From an uncultured virus (IMG/VR IMGVR_UViG_3300041955_001927) (taxonomy: Duplodnaviria; Heunggongvirae; Uroviricota; Caudoviricetes), in the IMG/VR virus record IMGVR_UViG_3300041955_001927: a stretch of 64,000 bases of DNA, one strand, 5' to 3'. Below the pieces are notes generated by a model. The model searched no databases. It was not told the origin of the DNA and saw only the letters and a program-made list of their open reading frames with translations. Of this stretch, positions 57,311-64,000 are shown in pieces (position 1 is the first letter of the stretch; every line of letters begins with the position of its first letter). A program made the translations under genes and the position numbers.

Positions 57311-57319
57311 CCAACCCCA

Positions 57320-57487
57320 ATGACCATCTTCGGAATGCTGCGCATCAGGAACGAGGCGCACCGGCGCGTCTTCCTGCTGGATGGCCATTCCGAAGATGGC
57401 ACGGCGGACGTTCCCGCCGGAGCGAGGCTGCGGCATGCCGGTCCGCTGGAACTGGTGATGGAGGATGTCAAATGTTTGGGGGCATAG
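57320..57487 (+). pseudogene. Internally deleted glycosyltransferase remnant (55 aa)
   Basis: MTIFGMLRIRNEA..VFLLDGHSEDGT matches the GT2 N-terminal RNEA and D-x-x-S-x-DGT motifs; the catalytic core is missing. Confidence 0.6.
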
Positions 57488-58158
57488 GCGCGGGCATTTA
57501 CGGCCCGAACAGTCTCTATGAATGGCTTGCCGGATACGGCAGCCTCACTCTCACCGATTCGTCCCCGGTGCAGTCGTTCGTTGAGCCGTTCACGCTGGAC
57601 GAAGTGAAATCGTTTCTGAAGCTGCCCGCAAGGTCGCCCGCCGATCCGGATGAAGACGCACTGGTCGCGGAGCTGATTTCCGCCGCGCGCGTGGTGGCCG
57701 AGTTCTATCAGGGCCGCGACCTGGTGCGGAAACAGTGGGACCTGCATTTCGATTTCTGGGTCGATTACTTCATTGGGCTGCGCGATCCCCTGGTGTCGGT
57801 GGACCTGTTCACGGTGCGGGATTCGACCGGCGATTTCACCACGCTGGTCGAGAATACCGACTACATCGTCGATCTGGTCAAAAGTCCCGGGTTGGTGGCA
57901 CCGCCCTATAACGGCATGTGGAAGGCATTCACACCGTGGCCGAGTTCGGCGATTCTGATCCGGTTCACCAGCGGCTTCGCGAATAATTCCGTCTTCTGGC
58001 AGGCGGATGGGCGCGCGGTGAGAGCCGGTATGCGCCGCCTGATTGTCGACTGGTTCACCAACCGGATGCCGTTCGAGAAGAGTATCGATCCCACCCGGGA
58101 ACTGCCCTTCGGCGTGACGGCGATGCTGACAACCGGCGCTCTCAAACACGTCGGATAG
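57472..58158 (+). CDS. Head-tail connector protein
   Basis: EPFTLDEVKSFLK...EDALV..LI.AAR..AE...GR.L..QW, IRFTSGF, WF.NR. Confidence 0.85.
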   Translation: MFGGIGAGIYGPNSLYEWLAGYGSLTLTDSSPVQSFVEPFTLDEVKSFLKLPARSPADPDEDALVAELISAARVVAEFYQGRDLVRKQWDLHFDFWVDYFIGLRDPLVSVDLFTVRDSTGDFTTLVENTDYIVDLVKSPGLVAPPYNGMWKAFTPWPSSAILIRFTSGFANNSVFWQADGRAVRAGMRRLIVDWFTNRMPFEKSIDPTRELPFGVTAMLTTGALKHVG

Positions 58159-58161
58159 CGC

Positions 58162-58500
58162 ATGAATTGGCCCTCCATAGATCCCGGCGAGATGCGCCAC
58201 CAGATCGTCATCCTCCAGCAGCAGCGGTCTTCCGACGCCTCCGGGAGCGCGGTGACCATGGTGCCGTTCGCGTCGGCCTACGCGAAGATCGTGGTCGTCC
58301 GCGGCACCGATGTCATCAAGGCGGGTCAGGTGACGACGCAGCTTTTCCTGACCATCTCGATCTGGTATCAGGCCGGCATCCTCGCCGACATGCAGGTGCA
58401 GGCGATGAACGGCCTCTATGTGATCCAGTCCGTCGAGAACGTTTCCGAGCTTGACGTTGTACTGGTGCTGAATTGCGTCGCCCTCTCGCAGAACCAATAA
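58162..58500 (+). CDS. Head-closure (head-tail adaptor) protein
   Basis: GEMRHQIVI, D.SG, Y.I.SV.N; position. Confidence 0.85.
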   Translation: MNWPSIDPGEMRHQIVILQQQRSSDASGSAVTMVPFASAYAKIVVVRGTDVIKAGQVTTQLFLTISIWYQAGILADMQVQAMNGLYVIQSVENVSELDVVLVLNCVALSQNQ

Positions 58501-58503
58501 CCC

Positions 58504-58905
58504 ATGCTCGAAGCCGGGATCGTGTCTCTCGTCATGGCGAATGCGGGTGTCCTGGCCATCACCACGACCGGTGGCTTCCTTGTGAATCTCCCCAAGGACG
58601 AAACGCTGCCGAGCTGGACGCACCAGACAATTTCCGACTCGGGCCCGTATGCGCTGCGCGGAGAGCACGGTTTCGCGACCCGGCGATTCGAAATCAACTG
58701 CTTTGGAAACCAGCGGGCCGATGCCATTTCTCTGGCAGTGGCCATCGACGCGGTGCTGAGCGGCTACAAGGGCACGCTCCCCGATGCCGACTCCACCGTC
58801 GTCTATGGGTGCTTCCGGTCGGATCGGATGGACGCGCCGTTCGACGAAGCCAGCCGCACTTACCGGCGAATGCTTGAGTACGAAATTCAGTATGCCGACG
58901 TGTAA
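58504..58905 (+). CDS. Tail completion/terminator protein (DUF3168-like)
   Basis: LPSW...IS, RFEINCF...A..LA.AI..VL.GY.G; position. Confidence 0.75.
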   Translation: MLEAGIVSLVMANAGVLAITTTGGFLVNLPKDETLPSWTHQTISDSGPYALRGEHGFATRRFEINCFGNQRADAISLAVAIDAVLSGYKGTLPDADSTVVYGCFRSDRMDAPFDEASRTYRRMLEYEIQYADV

Positions 58906-58938
58906 GTAAACGCCCCCACACATAAGGAGAAACACGAA

Positions 58939-59376
58939 ATGTCTTTAGCCAATTCCGCCTATGGAGCAGTGTTCTATACCGGGGACGCCTCCAGTCCGAC
59001 CGACTGGACCGCAGTCCTCGAAATCGCCAGCATCACGAAGAAGAATTTGTCGGTCCCGTCCATCGACGTCACTCACCTGAAGTCTCCGAACGCAACCGAG
59101 GAGATGGTCCCCGGCATCATCAAACCGGGCACGATGGAACTCACCGGCAACTTTATCGGCGACACGACGCAGCTTGCCTTTCTCACGTTCGCGCAGGGTC
59201 AGACGGTATTCCCGTTCAAGATGACCGCGCCCATGCAAAAGGACACGAAGACCCTCACCGTAATCGGCACCTGTTTCGTAACCGAAAACGAGGACGGACC
59301 CTATGAAGCGAACAAGAAAATCGACTTCAAGGTCACCCTTCAGGTCACCGGCACCTCGTCCGTAACCGTCGCGTAG
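58939..59376 (+). CDS. Major tail tube protein
   Basis: IDVTHLKSP...E..PG...G....GNF, TLQVTG; AAGGAG SD. Confidence 0.85.
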   Translation: MSLANSAYGAVFYTGDASSPTDWTAVLEIASITKKNLSVPSIDVTHLKSPNATEEMVPGIIKPGTMELTGNFIGDTTQLAFLTFAQGQTVFPFKMTAPMQKDTKTLTVIGTCFVTENEDGPYEANKKIDFKVTLQVTGTSSVTVA

Positions 59377-59379
59377 TCC

Positions 59380-60057
59380 ATGCTGGCTCACCGGATAACA
59401 AAGCCGATCGAGATTCCGGCGGGCGGCGCCAGGTGGCGGATCGCGTTCACGCACCGGGCTCTTCTCGACATCGAGGAGTTGACGGGGATGGGCGCGATGC
59501 AGGTTAACCTGGCGAATCTATCGGCGGGCCTGCTGCGCGCCGTTTTGTTTGCCGTTCTTCGGGAGGCAGGAGCCGCGACTTCGATCACGGAGGCTGGGGA
59601 GATTCTGCGTCCCGGAGCGGTGCCGAAGATCCGCGCTTTGTTGATCGAAGCGTGGACGGCTTCGATGCCGGAGACCGACCGCGACGACGAGGAAGAGCCT
59701 TCGACCGGAAATGCGGCCGAGCCGCTCACTACGCTGGATGCTTGGGCCAAGGCGCGGTACGACCTCCGGTTGTCAGACGACGACTGGTTGTCGATGACGC
59801 CGCGCATGGTTTATGCCCTCTCGAAGAGACGTCTGGAAAGTGCGCGCCAGTTCGAGTTGATGGTCGGCGTTCTCTGCGCCCACACGGTCAACCATAGCTT
59901 TCACGCTCCCAGAAATTCGACGAATCCGCGATCGTACATGCTGCACCCCTGGCCCGAGCGCGCATCGGCACATTCCACAAGGGTGACAGGCGAAACGGTC
60001 ATGACTGTGTTCGCCGACCTGCTCCCGAAACCTAAGAAAGGCAAATCAAAACCGTGA
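59380..60057 (+). CDS. Tail assembly chaperone, in-frame G+T-like fusion
   Basis: N-half F..RAL..IEE.TG (G-like), acidic linker, C-half L.LS.DDWLSMTPR (T-like). Confidence 0.6.
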   Translation: MLAHRITKPIEIPAGGARWRIAFTHRALLDIEELTGMGAMQVNLANLSAGLLRAVLFAVLREAGAATSITEAGEILRPGAVPKIRALLIEAWTASMPETDRDDEEEPSTGNAAEPLTTLDAWAKARYDLRLSDDDWLSMTPRMVYALSKRRLESARQFELMVGVLCAHTVNHSFHAPRNSTNPRSYMLHPWPERASAHSTRVTGETVMTVFADLLPKPKKGKSKP

Positions 60058-60350
60058 AAACCTCCACGCTTGTAATCGACAATGAAACCCTGACGCTGGC
60101 ATACGATTTCAATGCCATCGCCGACGCCGAGAGAATTGCCGGATGTAACCTGCTTGCGGCACTCGAGAACCTCGCCGACATCTCCGCCATTCAGTTGCGA
60201 GGCTTGCTCTACGCCGCCATCGTGACGGAACCGCCGGACGTCAGGCCAACGCTGGTGGATTGCGGGAATCTGATCCGACTGGATACGATCGCCGCCGTGA
60301 CCATGGCGCTCGCCAAAGCGTATGAGTTGGCCACGCCCGGCGCCGTTTAA
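60054..60350 (+). CDS. Tail assembly chaperone, stand-alone G-like
   Basis: LAYDFNAIADAERIAG...LRGLLYAAI. Confidence 0.6.
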   Translation: MKTSTLVIDNETLTLAYDFNAIADAERIAGCNLLAALENLADISAIQLRGLLYAAIVTEPPDVRPTLVDCGNLIRLDTIAAVTMALAKAYELATPGAV

Positions 60351-60354
60351 CCAA

Positions 60355-60780
60355 ATGTCCTCCACCGGGATGGTAGTCACGGGCCTGAAGGAATGCATCG
60401 AGATGGTGGAGGAAGCTCCGCGGAACATCGTGATGCTGGGCTACGCGCGCGCACTGGCTGCCGGGATCTACGTGATCGCGGAAGCGGTTGTTTCGCGCGC
60501 TCCGGTGGAGACCGGCGACATGGCCAAGGCACTTGTGATCAACGTTGAGATCAATCAGACGAGCCTCAACGGGATGGCCGAGATGGGTTTCGGCAAGCAG
60601 GACCACGTTGCGATGTGGGTCGAGTACGGCCACCGCATGGTGGGCCACAGGCCTGGGAAAAAGGTGCTCGGCGATGTGCCGCCGCATCCGTTCATGCGGC
60701 CCGGGTTTGACGCCTCGGCCGAAGCGGCGATTGGCGCCTTCATCGAGTCCCTGAGTGCCACGTTGAAATCGGAATACTGA
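60355..60780 (+). CDS. HK97 gp10-family protein
   Basis: V.GL.E, RAPVETG, WVEYGH, PPHPFMRPGFD. Confidence 0.85.
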   Translation: MSSTGMVVTGLKECIEMVEEAPRNIVMLGYARALAAGIYVIAEAVVSRAPVETGDMAKALVINVEINQTSLNGMAEMGFGKQDHVAMWVEYGHRMVGHRPGKKVLGDVPPHPFMRPGFDASAEAAIGAFIESLSATLKSEY

Positions 60781-60782
60781 CC

Positions 60783-63710
60783 ATGGCTTCAAAACGCGTC
60801 GGCCTGATTTCCATAAATTTGGTGGCCGGGACGGCCCAATTCAACACCGACATGGCCAACGCCAAGGCCAAAATCGTCGCGGTCGGCGGAGCCGCGAAGG
60901 AAGCCAGCGGCCACATGGTCAGCGGGATGATGGCGTCGAGCGCCGCGATCCGCGTCATGGAAGGCGGCATGACGAACAACCTCCGCGCGGTGGAGCGATT
61001 CGTCTCCGGCACGCTGGGTCTCGGCCCGGCATTGCAGAAGATATTTCCCGTAGTCGGCGCCATCGCTTTCGCCGGCCTCATCGTGAAGTTGGGCGTGGAG
61101 GTTTACGACTTCTACAAGAAGGTCGCGGAAGGCCCGGCCAGAATCGCCAACGCGTTCCGTCAGATGAGCGCTCCCATCAAGCTGACCAACGACGAGCTGC
61201 GGGTGACGAACGACCGGCTCACGAACGATATCGCGAAGCTGGAGGGCAGGCGGCAGAACAATCTCCAGCTCGCGCTCGATGAGGCGCGGGTTACCGCCGA
61301 CCACCTGGCCGACTCTCTCGAGAAGGATCTGACGGCGCTCAACAAGCTGCTGAAGGATGAGAACATCAGCGCCTTTAAAGGGTTCTTCACAAACCAGGCG
61401 TCGACTACCGACCTGAAGGAGTACATGGGCGGCAGAACCGGTACCGGAGGGTTCTTCGGCGACATCGCCGAAATAAACGACAGGGGCAAAGCGAAGATCG
61501 ACGCCGCGGCCGGGAGGAAAGACAAGAAGGCGCAGGACGCCGCGATCATCGGGCTGAATACCGAGCTTGAAGAGCGGTATGCCAAAGCAATCAGCCATGT
61601 CAACTTTGCGCTCGAAACCGCGCAGATCCTGCAGCAGGAACGCGATAAGGCACTGCAGCGGACAGCACACGGGCTGCTGAATCCCGGCGGCGTCCCACGG
61701 GATCAGACGTCCGAGATCGAACTGGCGCGGGCCTCGCTGGGCGTGTTGCGCGCCGGGCCTCAGCTGGTGGAACTCACCGCGACCAAAACCGCACTGACCG
61801 GACGGAAGGAAGCCGACGAAGCGGCGAACGCCAACGCCAAACTCGACGCGCCTCTCGACGACAAGCTGGCCGCGATCGGAACGCTTCTGGCCGAATCCCA
61901 GGAACGCCTTGAGGCGGCCGGCAAAAGCGAGGAGATGAAGGAACTGGCGACTGCCGGTATCGCGGCGACCAAAGCCATCACGGAAGTCAACAAGGCCCTC
62001 GAACGCCTGCATGAAGGGCCGATGTCTCAGGCCGATGAAGACGCGATCCGGTACGTGGAAGGTCTGATCGCGGCCAATAACGCCGAGTCCGAGTGGCGCG
62101 ACAAGCTCGCCGCCACCACCAGCCAGATGGAGGAGCGAACGGCCAGCTACCGCGATCTCGCCGCAGCGGTCGGACTCAGCTACGAAGCGACCAAACAGGC
62201 GAACGCCGAGTTGGCCGTCAAGACTTTCGCGAAGCAGAAGTATGGCGACGCGGAATGGATGACCGGCCACGCCGACGATATCTCGAAGGTGCGAGGCGAC
62301 GCGAACGACGAATTCGATGCGAAGCACGCCGAGGCAGTGCAGTCGTCGCTGAAAAAGCTCGACGATCAGATTTCCCTCGAACAGAAACTCGCGCGTGTCC
62401 AGGCCGAAGGCGAGGAAGCCGTGCGGCAGACGACGCTGGCAGCGAAGATTCAGGCGATCGAGCGGGACAACGATGCGGAGTCCGCGAAGAAGCTCGTGCA
62501 GGCCGAGAAGGATCTTTACGCAGCGGAGAGGCTCAACGCCGCCGCGAAGAACATCGCGGAGATTAACGTGGAGATCGATGCGACCAAGCGGCTGGCCGCG
62601 GCGCAGATCGAAGGGGCCGAGTCCGTGCGCCGCGCAGAACTGCGGCTCAAATATGAAAAGATGTCGCGCGCCGGCGCAACCCGCCAGGAGATCGATGCCA
62701 CTCGTCAGGAAGACGAGCTGAAGCACCAGGACGCCATCACCGAGGCGGTTCTCAAGACTGCGAACGCCGACCGCGACCGCTTGCAGGCCATCGACCAGGA
62801 AGCGAAGGCCGCGATTCTGCTGGAGGGCACGGGCGCCGATGAGCTGGGGATCATGATCAAGCTGCGCGATCTCGAAAACGAGCGCCTGAAAATCATTGCC
62901 CGGCAATACCTCGCGCGCGGCCGTGCCGAGGACGGCGTCAAGGCATTCTTCGCCGAAATGCAGGAATCGGCCCAAACGACCGCATCGATTATTTACGACG
63001 CGCTCAATTCTTCCTTCGGCAAGCTCTCGGAAAATCTGACGCAGCTCATCACCGGGGGCAAGACCAAATTCGGGCAGATGTTCAAAGACATCGGCAGGGA
63101 GATGGTGGAAGCTTCGATCAAGCAGGGGATTCACAACGGGCTCGGGGCGCTGGGCAGGAAGCTGGGCATCGGCAAGAAGGCTGTCGAACTGACGCGCAAA
63201 GGGCAGACCGAGGACACGGGGATTTACGTGATTCCGGTCGGCCAGCAGCAGCCTCCCAGCGGCAGCACGGCGGCGGACGCGACCAAGGGGCTCGCGAACC
63301 TTGGCGGCCAGCAGAGCGGCGGGCCGCTTCATGGTATTGGCGGTGTCCTGAAGGCGCTGGGTGGCGCGCTGTTCGGAGGCGGCGGCGGTGCAGGTAGTGG
63401 CGGAGAATCCGTAATCAGCTCGATACAGTACATGGCTGGCGGCGGCAACGTGTCGGCGGATCAGGCGTATGTCGTCGGCGACGATGGGCCGGAAATCCTG
63501 AAGGGCACTTCGGGGACGATCCTGAGCAACTCGGCGTCACGCAAGCTGGTGGGCAGTGGCGGCGATCACGTCTACAACATCGACGCGCGCGGCACGGACC
63601 CGGTTCAGACGGAGATGCGGGTTCGCCAGGCCATCATCGCGGCGCATGGATCGTCGGTCACGACTGCGGTCCGCGCCAGTGCAGAGCGAGCGAGAAGGAT
63701 CCCGGCGTAA
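60783..63710 (+). CDS. Tail tape measure protein
   Basis: 975-aa Ala-rich helical protein; N-term INL.A.TAQF, C-term AGGG.V...YVVGDDGPEI. Confidence 0.9.
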   Translation: MASKRVGLISINLVAGTAQFNTDMANAKAKIVAVGGAAKEASGHMVSGMMASSAAIRVMEGGMTNNLRAVERFVSGTLGLGPALQKIFPVVGAIAFAGLIVKLGVEVYDFYKKVAEGPARIANAFRQMSAPIKLTNDELRVTNDRLTNDIAKLEGRRQNNLQLALDEARVTADHLADSLEKDLTALNKLLKDENISAFKGFFTNQASTTDLKEYMGGRTGTGGFFGDIAEINDRGKAKIDAAAGRKDKKAQDAAIIGLNTELEERYAKAISHVNFALETAQILQQERDKALQRTAHGLLNPGGVPRDQTSEIELARASLGVLRAGPQLVELTATKTALTGRKEADEAANANAKLDAPLDDKLAAIGTLLAESQERLEAAGKSEEMKELATAGIAATKAITEVNKALERLHEGPMSQADEDAIRYVEGLIAANNAESEWRDKLAATTSQMEERTASYRDLAAAVGLSYEATKQANAELAVKTFAKQKYGDAEWMTGHADDISKVRGDANDEFDAKHAEAVQSSLKKLDDQISLEQKLARVQAEGEEAVRQTTLAAKIQAIERDNDAESAKKLVQAEKDLYAAERLNAAAKNIAEINVEIDATKRLAAAQIEGAESVRRAELRLKYEKMSRAGATRQEIDATRQEDELKHQDAITEAVLKTANADRDRLQAIDQEAKAAILLEGTGADELGIMIKLRDLENERLKIIARQYLARGRAEDGVKAFFAEMQESAQTTASIIYDALNSSFGKLSENLTQLITGGKTKFGQMFKDIGREMVEASIKQGIHNGLGALGRKLGIGKKAVELTRKGQTEDTGIYVIPVGQQQPPSGSTAADATKGLANLGGQQSGGPLHGIGGVLKALGGALFGGGGGAGSGGESVISSIQYMAGGGNVSADQAYVVGDDGPEILKGTSGTILSNSASRKLVGSGGDHVYNIDARGTDPVQTEMRVRQAIIAAHGSSVTTAVRASAERARRIPA

Positions 63711-64000
63711 TGGTCTTCGGATGGAACCTCGTTCCGATGCCGGCGGTTCCCGCGGCGCCAGCCTCGATTGAGTATCTGGCGGTCGATACCGTCGCCCTCG
63801 CAACCTCTGTCTTTACCGGCCAACAGCAGACGCAGGACTGGCAGGCGGGCTGGATGGAGTGGACGGTTACGATGCCGGCCATGCCGCACGCACTGGCGCA
63901 AGCCTGGATAGCCTGGCTGCTCGGTTTGCGGGGCATTGCCGGTGTGTTTCAGATCGGAGATCCGCTGGCCGCGCAGCCGCAGGGAACAGGGGCAGGCGCT
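63710..64000 (+). CDS. Distal-tail-like protein (partial, runs off the window)
   Basis: TAATG coupling to the tape measure gene; MVFGWNLVPMP...SVFTGQQQTQDW..GW.EWTVTMP...WIAWL..LRG..G.F..GDP. Confidence 0.7.
   Translation, partial: MVFGWNLVPMPAVPAAPASIEYLAVDTVALATSVFTGQQQTQDWQAGWMEWTVTMPAMPHALAQAWIAWLLGLRGIAGVFQIGDPLAAQPQGTGAGA

Larger units (their letters stand above)
1..64000. mobile_element. Temperate siphovirus-like (pro)phage with serine integrase module and ~24 kb defence cargo; ends not visible
   Basis: Large serine recombinase, replication module, terminase/portal/protease/capsid and tail genes in HK97-like order; no host housekeeping genes seen in the window. Confidence 0.85.

Noticed and set aside
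60789..63332. 847-aa minus-strand ORF
   Set aside because: Antisense shadow of the tape measure gene
1..64000. tRNA/rRNA genes, IS elements, att sites, endolysin
   Set aside because: None recognised by eye; tRNAscan/Infernal and flanking sequence would be needed to exclude them

Overview
High-GC window that looks like one temperate siphovirus-type element. The host is probably Acidobacteria-like; this is inferred only from GTTC-N7-GTTC LexA-type boxes and gene content. Positions 1-2.5 kb hold a DUF2924 / large serine recombinase module. Positions 2.6-26.8 kb are a dense defence island: a DUF488 pair, a PUA-like/HNH nuclease, a minimal CBASS (SMODS + S-4TM), an uncharacterised Hsp70-NBD plus GrpE-like pair directly after brxL, a complete type-1 (PglZ type B-like) BREX led by a coiled-coil PD-(D/E)XK gene, and DprA-PRTase. 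Positions 27.2-40 kb carry regulation, recombination and replication genes (exonuclease, AAA ATPase, DUF669, ERCC4, RecD2, primase-VapE, iteron-rich ori). Positions 41-64 kb carry HK97-like packaging, head and tail genes with three ParB-domain genes, two DNA methyltransferases and a glycosyltransferase cluster. The best novelty candidate is the BREX-linked Hsp70/GrpE-like module. All family calls come from reading motifs by eye, not from database searches.
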